From the IMG/VR virus record IMGVR_UViG_3300027365_000008: DNA of 62,834 nt; one strand, given 5' to 3'. Shown here piece by piece: positions 43,401 to 51,698 of the stretch. Below the pieces are notes generated by a model. The model made no database searches and had not been told where the DNA came from. It worked only from the letters and a program-made list of their open reading frames with translations. Numbering within the stretch: position 1 is the first letter of the stretch; every line of letters begins with the position of its first letter. This DNA comes from a virus (lineage: Duplodnaviria; Heunggongvirae; Uroviricota; Caudoviricetes). The position numbers and the translations under genes are program-made.

Positions 43401-45753
43401 CGGTTTTGTGGACGCAGACTTCGGTTTCAACCCGTGGGACGCACTGGATGCTCCTTACGATGAAGGTCAGACGGTTACCCATATGGGTGATGCGTACATG
43501 GCTATTCGTCAAACGTCTCAGGAACCTCCGGGTGAAGATTGGATGAAGGTTCGTGCGCCGGGCGATGCCTATGATCAGCGTGCGCCCCTGTTGATTTCTC
43601 CGATCAATGGGAATGTAGCCGAAGGTGAAAAGCCGTATCTGCTGGGAACCAAGTTCGGTAAGTTCTTCTCCGTCGATGAACGCCTGTATCGTCAGTTTGA
43701 AATCGATGTTGAAGGCGGGGATTTCTCGAATCCGATTTACACTGCTAACGAGAACTTCGATGGGCATCAAGTTACCATGGCCCTCGATCCGACCAAAACC
43801 TACATCTGGCACGCCCGTGATGTGAATGCGTCCACTGGGTATGTTAGTATTTGGAGTAAGACAGGAACCTTCACGGTCCCCAGTGCTTACATTCAGACTC
43901 CGAGTGTCGCATCTATGGTTGCGGACACCACTCAGATTGATAGTGTGGTTGGCTTCATCGGTTCACCTTACACTCGTAATGGAGTCAGCAATTCCCATAT
44001 CGCGTCTGATTGGGTTATCCGCGATGCAGATACTCAGGAAGTGATCTATGAGAGCCTGAATGATACCACCAATCTGACTAAGATTTCTATTCCTTTCGGA
44101 ATCCTTCAGGTCTCTCGCAATTATGAAGTTCGCCTTCGTTATCATGGGGATGATGGTCATAGTTCATCATGGTCAAGCTGGCTGGCTTTCCAGACCAAGG
44201 ATAAGTTCACGTTTGCTATCAAACCGCTGCTGACCTATCTGGGGTCTGATCGTAACGCAACTCCGGCTGAACCGCGTTTCCGGGCGACCTTCAATGACTA
44301 TGAGTTCATCAAGGATGATCTCTATGGAGAACCGCGTGCGACTGCCCAGTGGCAGGTGACTAAGGTTTCTGACGGGAGTGTAGTGTGGGAAACTCAATCT
44401 CGTTTTGTTGAGATTGAAGACATGATTGTGTCTGAGTCTCTGACTTCTGGCGTCCAGTACGAGATTCATGTTCGTTACTCAGGCGGCAATTATGCGGGGC
44501 CGAGTGATTGGAGTGATCCGGTTCAATTCACGCCCAGCTACAGCATTGCTGATCCGGTTCTGTCCACGAGTTACGATGTCAACGCATTCCCTTATGCGGG
44601 TGGTTCATTCTCGGTAGCACCTTTCTCCGTCACCAATGAAAAGATTGTCAGTGTGGATTGGGAAGTTGTGTCAATCGATACTGGTGAGGTTTTGGTGGGT
44701 GATTATATCAATTTTGATAAACCGACCACATTCAAATTTGAGGTAGATGGAAAAACCTACGGATTGACCGATGCCAAGGTTCGTGTTCGTTTCCACGGTC
44801 AGTATTATACAACGCCGTGGGCGGAGATGAGTTTCACATTCGCTGAATATGTTCCTATCTATGTTTACAGTGGTTCTACTGACCAGACTGTTAAGAAGAT
44901 TGATCCTGACGGAAGTGAAGTTTGGACATTCAGTGGTCACACGAAAACTGTTAACGGCGTAACCGTTGATTACTCTGGTAATGTTTATAGTGGTTCTAAC
45001 GACTACGCCGTTAAGAAAATCGATCCTGATGGGGCTGAAGTTTGGACGTTCAGTGGTCATACGAATAATGTTATGGGAGTAGCCGTTGACTCTTCAGGTA
45101 ATGTCTACAGTGGTTCTGCGGACAACACCGTTAAAAAGATTGATCCTAACGGAAGTGAAGTTTGGACGTTCAATGGACATACGAATGTTGTTCGATCAGT
45201 GGCCGTTGATTCGTCAGGTAATGTCTACAGTGGGTCTTATGACCAGACTGTTAAGAAGATTGATCCTGACGGAAGTGAAGTTTGGACGTTCAGTGGACAT
45301 ACGAATGCTGTTTATAGCGTAGCCGTTGACTCTTCTGGCAATGTCTACAGTGGTAGTGGTTCTGCGGACAACACCGTTAAAAAGATTGATCCTAACGGAA
45401 GTGAGGTTTGGACGTTCAGTGGGCATACGAATATTGTTATGGGAGTAGCCGTTGACTCTTCAGGCAATGTCTACAGTGGTTCTTACGATAACACCGTTAA
45501 GAAGATTGATCCTAACGGAAGTGAAGTTTGGACGTTCAGTGGTCACACTGGTTATGTTCGGGGTGTAGCCGTTGATTCCTCTGGTAATGTCTACAGTGGT
45601 TCTGCGGACAACACCGTTAAAAAGATTGATCCTGACGGAAATGAAGTTTGGACGTTCAGTGGACATACGAGTTATGTTAACTCGGTCGCATGCACCAAAA
45701 TACAAACAGAACTCGTTAAACCAGTCCTGATCAAATCTAAATACACCGCATAA
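40450..45753 (+). CDS. Long tail fibre/adhesin B, paralog of A
   Basis: 1767 aa, same architecture; shared TIPSLA anchor motif and YIW..RDV..STGY.S.WS domain; WD40 tip plus a short C-terminal tail. Confidence 0.85.
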   Translation: MMEISMATINDYRLAIARCVQASELYRDVISKDDTAVINLEHKTIPSLAKVVKDHLNAMDYSSYHGKDAIGIDTMVITGEDLEVTLSDGSSFIAGSVVGHDAIGVDNITMTNGDLTVSEDDGTSNTFTGIVGTDGETTSTITIHPNGDVEFIDGTGASTIVGNISDLAGGQKIASAGLDSNGYLTIGFTDGTSTTINKDITGEPGEDGVYITTADLDLTSETIGMDLTDGTTLTVKNVPVINKPAADYEVASTEITDVNGERHLMFTDSNQNINDLGNIDGSDGTDGVDGTDSTYVKTIHYDDTNLALSFTLTDGTTLSAGNFSIENVAGDATVTNAYTGSTGALLLDLTINGNAYTLPCGKIVGKDGKDAVDGGSVTDAYIDQGVLHVVDDMNGDQALIHVDAVKIDKASISPKGVLTFSLTDPTLPDIEAGQTDGLNGQVGDVIISMSIDSDTNHMVLQSVLGATYDVGVVREPTQVQVDMVNSELIFTFADGSTANLGDIHGIDGVNGGLLTDIAINGTTLTFTFDTGSFDVTINGVNDALVDDATGNLNVTLSDGTTATFGPVRGTDGVDGKDGLDGYFPLDGAGIQSDRSLQFNMSDGTTLTFKDIEGYTGVDGAYPTAFRVDTVNKVKTLIAEMRQPDGSSKDLTVGPIDGTDAPYPTTITFANDQYTIDMSDGSQFIVPGVNGDNAQLIDTITIESGTREFVMTMADGTEYRPGVIDGADADYITAFSINADRELVASLDLAGDQIIGLIDGKPNVWLDTLTVDSNGDLIATLTDGTTQFNLGPTQGVDVTNVYLTPDLKIAADTSDGNTVTSTVSLDRTINSAGIDANDDLFIDVANQPTPIIAGNIPPGTDAVRIDSMYVASDRLKLERTDGTIDDLGPLKRTYVSGAYLTANRELVVQLSDGTETPPKAVLGADGRDVVDAYIDIDGTLVITMSDSEIIRPGIIKGDDGLSVSSSSIVNGELIFTMADTTQINAGFVDADFGFNPWDALDAPYDEGQTVTHMGDAYMAIRQTSQEPPGEDWMKVRAPGDAYDQRAPLLISPINGNVAEGEKPYLLGTKFGKFFSVDERLYRQFEIDVEGGDFSNPIYTANENFDGHQVTMALDPTKTYIWHARDVNASTGYVSIWSKTGTFTVPSAYIQTPSVASMVADTTQIDSVVGFIGSPYTRNGVSNSHIASDWVIRDADTQEVIYESLNDTTNLTKISIPFGILQVSRNYEVRLRYHGDDGHSSSWSSWLAFQTKDKFTFAIKPLLTYLGSDRNATPAEPRFRATFNDYEFIKDDLYGEPRATAQWQVTKVSDGSVVWETQSRFVEIEDMIVSESLTSGVQYEIHVRYSGGNYAGPSDWSDPVQFTPSYSIADPVLSTSYDVNAFPYAGGSFSVAPFSVTNEKIVSVDWEVVSIDTGEVLVGDYINFDKPTTFKFEVDGKTYGLTDAKVRVRFHGQYYTTPWAEMSFTFAEYVPIYVYSGSTDQTVKKIDPDGSEVWTFSGHTKTVNGVTVDYSGNVYSGSNDYAVKKIDPDGAEVWTFSGHTNNVMGVAVDSSGNVYSGSADNTVKKIDPNGSEVWTFNGHTNVVRSVAVDSSGNVYSGSYDQTVKKIDPDGSEVWTFSGHTNAVYSVAVDSSGNVYSGSGSADNTVKKIDPNGSEVWTFSGHTNIVMGVAVDSSGNVYSGSYDNTVKKIDPNGSEVWTFSGHTGYVRGVAVDSSGNVYSGSADNTVKKIDPDGNEVWTFSGHTSYVNSVACTKIQTELVKPVLIKSKYTA
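44866..45700 (+). repeat. Seven tandem 120-bp WD40-coding repeats in fibre B (unit 5 is 126 bp)
   Basis: Units start at 44866, 44986, 45106, 45226, 45346, 45472, 45592; extra agtggt in unit 5; near-identical to the fibre A repeats. Confidence 0.95.
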
Positions 45754-45765
45754 ACGGAGAGATAC

Positions 45766-46919
45766 ATGAAGATTGATGTCACATGGTACGATCCAAATGG
45801 GATCGAAGATGGATACCGGGTTTACCGGGGCGATGGTGCCCCGGTTGATCTCAACAACCTACCTGCTCATGTCGCTGACCTCCCAGCGGATACGATGCTG
45901 TACAGTGATACTTCGGTCACCTTCGGTGCGGAGTATTACTATCTAATTGAAGCCTATAAGGGGGCTGATTCCGTTTATGGGGATCAGATTCACGCTTTTG
46001 CGGTCCCTGATCAGAATGTGTATGTGGCGGTTACCCAAAGAATAGAAAGCATTGACGTGGATGGAAACCAGCTATGGCAGTTACTCCACCCAGTGGAATC
46101 GTAAATAGTGTTGTCAATGATGTTAATGGATATTCATATTTGGCATCAGACGACAACAAAGTTAGAAAGGTCGATCCTTCCGGTGTAGAAGTCTGGAGCG
46201 TCAACCCTTCCGCTTCATCATTGAATTGTGTTGCAATTGACGATCAAGGAAGTGTATATGTCACTTCGACAGCCGGTACCCTGTTCAAATTGGACCCGAA
46301 TGGAAACCAGCTATGGTCATACGGGGATGGAACAGTGATCATTGGTGCAATGGCGGTCGATTATGCAACCGGTCAATCCTTTATTGGGTTTGCGGATGGA
46401 AGGATTAAATCTGTATCTACCGATGGTGTCGAATTGTGGAACGTATCGAAAGGTTCCTTGTCATCGGGTCCGTCTGTCACCTCAATCGACGTAAATGACA
46501 CCATGCTGGTCGTCGGGGATGCTAACTTTGCTGTCACATCATTATCTAAAGTGGATGGAAGTGGAAGTAGTTATGAATGGATATATGTAGGACTGACCGA
46601 CGAACCCAATTCCATTTCTTTCACACGCACCGGGAATATTGTCGTTGGCGGTAAGGAAGGTGTGGTGTGCTATCTGGACACTAATGGGAATGAACTCGAC
46701 AGAATCACCTTTGCGGCTGCTGTTCACGACGCCCGCACTGATTATAAGGACAATTTGTTCGTTTGTACGGAAGATGGCAATCGCCTGATCAAATTGGATG
46801 AAAACTACACCAAGCAATGGGAAGTAGCTTATGGAACGGTTATTCCATTACAGTCTTCCGTGGAAAGCATTCAGTTTAATCTCAATGAACCGTCTTATGT
46901 GTCTGGCGCTAACGTCTAA
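45766..46919 (+). pseudogene. FnIII-propeller gene split by an apparent 1-bp deletion (ORFs 45766-46104 and 46074-46919)
   Basis: Restoring one T after tgg at 46077 gives a continuous blade DGNQLW-SVT-PPSGIVNSV, matching NGNQLWSY at 46300 and LWSVT in 49136. Confidence 0.6.
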
Positions 46920-46928
46920 GGGGATTCC

Positions 46929-47993
46929 ATGGCAATCAAATTAACATGGTACGATACCAATGCGATTGAAGGAGGCTACCGGGTGTATCGCTCGGTATCT
47001 CCCATGGACCCTGCTGCCCTGCCGACTCCCATCGGTGATGTTGCGGCGGATGTTCGAGAGTTCACGGATAGCACGGCAGTAGTAGGAACCACCTATTACT
47101 ATCGGGTTTCTGCCTACAAAGGATCAGATGAAGTCGTTGGTGATGAGATTACGATTCTGGCAGAAGATTTATACTTAGGTCCGGGGTCTACTACTTTCGT
47201 TGGTGGCGATTACGGTACAACTGGATTCTTGGGTGAAGTCGATACGACGACTCTGATTGATGGGGATACCCTCGCAAGCGATATTGGTTTGACTGAAGGG
47301 ACGAGTAAAAACCCAACTGAACCGTGGTTGAAGTTTGCTATTGATGGAAAGATTCTTTTCGTTGCCAAGAAGACATATCGATACTCCGTGACTTGGGATG
47401 CTATCAACGCGGCGAACGCGGTGTATGGAGACAAAATAATCACCATAGGTGGCTATGCTTTCAAACTTCGTCTCCTTACCGGTGCTGAAAGTGATCCTTC
47501 ATCGCTTACAAGAAACACGGCTGATCCAGCGGGTTCAGAAGTTTCAGAATGGAATAAGTTGATTTACAAAGTCCATGTCGATGTTCCGTCTTCCCAATCA
47601 GGGGCTAATTGGGTCAATTACACGAACACCGATTTGGATGTAGGTGGTACCTCATCCGGCACCGCAACGTGGTGTCAAGAACATCATACTTATGCTAGTA
47701 ATTATGCGGTTTTTAGGGGTTACAACGGCATGAGTATGTTCAATAGCACGGGTTCAAACGCTTTTGCGGCAGCATACGGCTGGCGTCCCGTTCTCGAACT
47801 CTTACCGAAAGATTATGTGTTCCCGGTTACTAATACGACTGGCGTCTACTTTGGTTACAACCAACCGGTTATAACCAACGGTACCAGTGAACAGCAATTC
47901 GCTTCAGATATACAACCTGTTAAGAGTAGTTCGACCGGGTATTACTCTTACAACAAGCCAATCATCACTAATGCAGAGCAGACACAAGCATAA
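46929..47993 (+). CDS. FnIII-module protein with a distinct globular head and duplicated C-terminal tail
   Basis: MAIKLTWYDTNAIEGGYRVYRS...YYYRVSAY, then GFLGEV...WLKF...SEWNKLIY...WRPVLE. Confidence 0.75.
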   Translation: MAIKLTWYDTNAIEGGYRVYRSVSPMDPAALPTPIGDVAADVREFTDSTAVVGTTYYYRVSAYKGSDEVVGDEITILAEDLYLGPGSTTFVGGDYGTTGFLGEVDTTTLIDGDTLASDIGLTEGTSKNPTEPWLKFAIDGKILFVAKKTYRYSVTWDAINAANAVYGDKIITIGGYAFKLRLLTGAESDPSSLTRNTADPAGSEVSEWNKLIYKVHVDVPSSQSGANWVNYTNTDLDVGGTSSGTATWCQEHHTYASNYAVFRGYNGMSMFNSTGSNAFAAAYGWRPVLELLPKDYVFPVTNTTGVYFGYNQPVITNGTSEQQFASDIQPVKSSSTGYYSYNKPIITNAEQTQA

Positions 47994-48005
47994 CGGAGTT
48001 TTAAT

Positions 48006-48251
48006 ATGGGTACAGTAACGATCAATTGGACAGATACTAACGAACTCGAAGTTAAATACCGAGTATACCGTGGGGATGCATATTTCGATACGGCGTCTCT
48101 ACCGGCTTTCATCGCCGAACTGACAGAAAACACAGTCACCTATACCGATACTGCGGTAACTACGGGACAACAGTATTGGTACCGAGTGAGTGCGGTATTT
48201 CCTAATAGCGTAGAAGTATTCAGTGACGCAGCTTTGTTCACGGCAGCCTAA
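48006..48251 (+). CDS. FnIII-module-only protein
   Basis: 81 aa: VTINWTD...YRVYRG...LPA...YTDT.V..G.QYWYRVSA. Confidence 0.8.
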   Translation: MGTVTINWTDTNELEVKYRVYRGDAYFDTASLPAFIAELTENTVTYTDTAVTTGQQYWYRVSAVFPNSVEVFSDAALFTAA

Positions 48252-48265
48252 AGGAGAAATAGACA

Positions 48266-49132
48266 ATGGCAAATGGCGGTGTTGTTCTTAGATGGTCTAC
48301 CCAAGACCCTAACGTAGAAACATTTAACATCTATCGTAGCACATCAGCAATTGATCCTGCTGCGCTCCCTGCTGCTCTGGATACTGTAGTAGGCACTGTG
48401 ACTGAATACAAAGATTATGGTGTCACTGAAGGAGTAACTTATTACTATAGGATTGAAGCGACAAAGCTGGGGAAAACCTCGATTAGTGATAGCATAAAAG
48501 TCGTCGCAACACCAATTGCTGCGCCAGATGTGTTTGGTGATGGCTCTACTGTGGCTACCTACCTTTTTGATGGTGATTTATCTGAAATCACCAACGGAAA
48601 TAATGGAGTGTGGGCAGTAGGATCACCATCTTATGACGTTGGGCAAAATGGTCAATGCATATCTACTGATGGAACAAATTACGTAACCGCTCCCGTAACC
48701 GTACCGGGAGCCTTCATAGCGGTGTCAATGTGGGTTAGATTGAATACTGCATCAACAGGGCTTAATTCTGTATTGGAGATCGAGTATGACGCTGGGAAGA
48801 CGTTTACTATTTCGACAAATTCTCAATCTATAGGCGTCATTACCAATGGTACCAATTCTAGTGAACTGTCTATTAGAAAGAATTTAACAGTAGGAACTTT
48901 TTATCACGTTTATGCGGATTCTGACGGTGATATGTTTATAGACAATGTGCAAGTGTCAGAAATTGGTAGAACAGCTTTTTACACCAATACCGCCATAGGC
49001 CAAATGGTATTATCCTCCCGCACTAAGGGAGGTATAGCCAATGCACCACAATACGGAATCGATTTGCTTAGAATTTACAATAGAAAACTTACAGCGCAAG
49101 ACATAGATACATTATATAAAAGGGAGTCGTGA
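48266..49132 (+). CDS. FnIII module fused to a LamG/concanavalin-like domain
   Basis: VLRWS...FNIYRS...YYYRIEA; ATYLFDG, AVSMWV, FYHV, IDLLRIYNRKLT. Confidence 0.75.
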   Translation: MANGGVVLRWSTQDPNVETFNIYRSTSAIDPAALPAALDTVVGTVTEYKDYGVTEGVTYYYRIEATKLGKTSISDSIKVVATPIAAPDVFGDGSTVATYLFDGDLSEITNGNNGVWAVGSPSYDVGQNGQCISTDGTNYVTAPVTVPGAFIAVSMWVRLNTASTGLNSVLEIEYDAGKTFTISTNSQSIGVITNGTNSSELSIRKNLTVGTFYHVYADSDGDMFIDNVQVSEIGRTAFYTNTAIGQMVLSSRTKGGIANAPQYGIDLLRIYNRKLTAQDIDTLYKRES

Positions 49133-49135
49133 TAG

Positions 49136-50449
49136 ATGTCTATAAAACTCACATGGTATGACACAAACGCAATCGAAGGGGGATATCGGGTCTATCGATC
49201 CGAGTCCCCTATCGATCTTCAAAACCTCCCAGCCCCATTAGCCGATCTTCCGGCTGACACGATGGAGTTGCTGGACAAGAATGTGGTGATAGGAACCACT
49301 TATCACTACGTTATTGAATCGTATACGACTACTGATTCGGCTTTCAGTGGTGAGATCGTCATTACGGCACAAACCGTTTCATACTTGTATGCTACGGATT
49401 CGAATGGCTTTGTCACAAAGATAGACCCATCTGGTAACCAAGTGTGGAAAATCAGACCTTATACTTACATCCCCAGACAAACCAAATTGGATCACTTAGG
49501 TAACATTTATACGGTTTACAATAATGGTTATCGAAAGGCGTACAATACCACGGATGGAGTGTCAATCAATCAAAGATGGTCTTTTAATACGGGCAGTGAA
49601 AGTAAGAGCCTGTATATAGACACATTCCCTAATGATCATCTCCCGCCGAAAATTTATGTGGTTGACGATGATTGGTATTTGCGGGTGTACGACTTTGATG
49701 GCAATCAGGTTAATTATATCAGGGACACATCTGCTCTGAAATCGGTGGTCACTGATAAAGACCGTAATATCTACTACAGTAGGTATTCTACCGCAGTCAT
49801 TAAGAAACTCGATGAATCACTTAATGAATTGTGGTCAGTGACTACCAATGGTGGTTTTGCTAAGTACATGGCGATTCAAGGATCGACCATCTTTTATATC
49901 ACAAACGCCAATTACATGGGTGCTATTTCGGTTGATGGGACTATTGTCAACGCTGGAATAAATATTGGAACAGCCGTTTATCAACTTGCAGTCTATGATA
50001 CTTCGATTTATGTGGCAGCCGGAGCAACTCTGAAGAAATACGACACTTCATTGAATCTGATCTGGGACAAAGCGGTTACTCCAGCAACCATTAATGTGGT
50101 CGCTGTTGATGTAGATGAATCGGGTGAAGTCTATGTTGGTTGTTCGGACGGATCGACCATCCGGTTAAAGGATGATGGTACCGAAGTTTGGAATGTAAAG
50201 TATTTTTCCGGTTCAATTGAAACAGTCATCAACGATGTGGTTCAGGAAGTGACTTACATTTTTAGTCCATTTGATGGAAGTGAGAATGTGGTGAACACCT
50301 ACACTGCCAAAGCAATAGACGTTTCTTCTGTGGTAGTGAAACCTGTCGGTGAAACACATTTTGACGTTAATAGTTATACAGCAATCCCTCTGGCTCAAGT
50401 AGTGGTTAAGCCTATATCAACATCCACTAACGTTATACATAGTTACTAA
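49136..50449 (+). CDS. FnIII module fused to a divergent beta-propeller with duplicated tail
   Basis: N-terminus almost identical to 46929; blades such as KIDPSGNQVW and KLDESLNELW; tail VN(T/S)YTA...VVVKP twice. Confidence 0.75.
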   Translation: MSIKLTWYDTNAIEGGYRVYRSESPIDLQNLPAPLADLPADTMELLDKNVVIGTTYHYVIESYTTTDSAFSGEIVITAQTVSYLYATDSNGFVTKIDPSGNQVWKIRPYTYIPRQTKLDHLGNIYTVYNNGYRKAYNTTDGVSINQRWSFNTGSESKSLYIDTFPNDHLPPKIYVVDDDWYLRVYDFDGNQVNYIRDTSALKSVVTDKDRNIYYSRYSTAVIKKLDESLNELWSVTTNGGFAKYMAIQGSTIFYITNANYMGAISVDGTIVNAGINIGTAVYQLAVYDTSIYVAAGATLKKYDTSLNLIWDKAVTPATINVVAVDVDESGEVYVGCSDGSTIRLKDDGTEVWNVKYFSGSIETVINDVVQEVTYIFSPFDGSENVVNTYTAKAIDVSSVVVKPVGETHFDVNSYTAIPLAQVVVKPISTSTNVIHSY

Positions 50450-50474
50450 GAATTGAAAATTACGGAGATCAAAC

Positions 50475-51674
50475 ATGACTAGCGCAGTTATCAAATGGGA
50501 TGACATAAACGCCTCTACGGTTCCCATCGGTTTCAAGGTTTATCGGTCGGACACTCCAATCGATCCTAATGGAACTCTACCCGCTCCTCTGGCGACTCTC
50601 ACACGGGATATTTTCGAGTACGAGGACACCACGGTTGTATTTGGAAATACCTATTATTACAGGGTGTCAGCTTACACTGATACGAATGAGTCATTCAGTG
50701 ATGAAATCGTTGCGACCGTCAAGCAGAGTGTATATGGTTCTTATAGTAGTTCATTGCAAAAAGCATCATGGGGTTCTACTGAAGTCGGTTTCAGTAAGTA
50801 TGTATCAGGAAATATAAAAAGTATAACTGCTGATGTGAATGGAAACGTCTATGTAGTTAATGATACAGGAAATGATGTTTATAAATTAGATGCGTATGGT
50901 AACGTTCTGTGGTCTTACTCATTTACAGCAGCGGTGAAAGATGTAGCTATTGATAATGCCGGTAATGTGTATGCTGGTGGAGATGATAGAACACTAACAA
51001 AACTAGATGCTTCTGGTGCTTTGGTGTGGAGTGTCAATCCTTCAAATTCCTACAACTATTTCGTATCTTTTGCAGTAGATGCACAAGGATTCATTTGGTG
51101 CGCTGGTACTGGCTCCACCGACGTAGGCGTACATTTGTTTAGAGTTGATCCAAACGGCGTGTTACAAAACAACATAACAATCGATCATAGTGGTTATTCA
51201 AAACTACCGCATATAGCAGTCGATGATTCCATGAATTGTTATATTTTGTATGCTTATGACTATTCAACCACAAGCAGACAATGCACACTGATAAAATTCG
51301 ATCCAACCATGACTGAACTATGGCGTGTTGATCTGGGCGGAACAAATTACTATCTTTCGTATTCTATAGCAGTTGATCCTAAAATGCAAAGAGTATACTG
51401 TGGTACTAATAGTAACCTTAAAGCGTATGACTTTCAGGGAAATGATGTATCAGCCTTTACATCAGGTTATGCTGGGGCAAGTGGTGTAGCAGTAGACAAT
51501 GATTCGAATGTATATATTCAAGACTCCAATTATAGGTATAGAAAGTTTGATTCAACGATGGCTGACCTCGGAACATACACTTTTTCTGGACAATATTTTT
51601 CCGCCAGTGGTGGTTTTGAAGTAGACCCCGGACGCTACTATATCCAGAATAATCTAGTAGCACCAACCGCATAA
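50475..51674 (+). CDS. FnIII module fused to a beta-propeller
   Basis: VIKWDD...FKVYRS...YYYRVSAY; blades ITADVNGNVYV, VAIDNAGNVY, VAVDNDSNVY. Confidence 0.75.
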   Translation: MTSAVIKWDDINASTVPIGFKVYRSDTPIDPNGTLPAPLATLTRDIFEYEDTTVVFGNTYYYRVSAYTDTNESFSDEIVATVKQSVYGSYSSSLQKASWGSTEVGFSKYVSGNIKSITADVNGNVYVVNDTGNDVYKLDAYGNVLWSYSFTAAVKDVAIDNAGNVYAGGDDRTLTKLDASGALVWSVNPSNSYNYFVSFAVDAQGFIWCAGTGSTDVGVHLFRVDPNGVLQNNITIDHSGYSKLPHIAVDDSMNCYILYAYDYSTTSRQCTLIKFDPTMTELWRVDLGGTNYYLSYSIAVDPKMQRVYCGTNSNLKAYDFQGNDVSAFTSGYAGASGVAVDNDSNVYIQDSNYRYRKFDSTMADLGTYTFSGQYFSASGGFEVDPGRYYIQNNLVAPTA

Positions 51675-51698
51675 TTTTCAATTAGACTAAATACAATC

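Noticed and set aside
37461-43812. Long antisense ORFs within the fibre genes (e.g. 37461-38462, 42916-43812)
   Set aside because: Shadow frames expected from biased codon usage; no SD or recognisable motifs.
39549-45700. Diversity-generating retroelement acting on the fibre-tip repeats
   Set aside because: No reverse transcriptase in the window, no separate non-coding template repeat, and the variable codons differ at non-adenine positions (e.g. tac/cag/tct/gcg).
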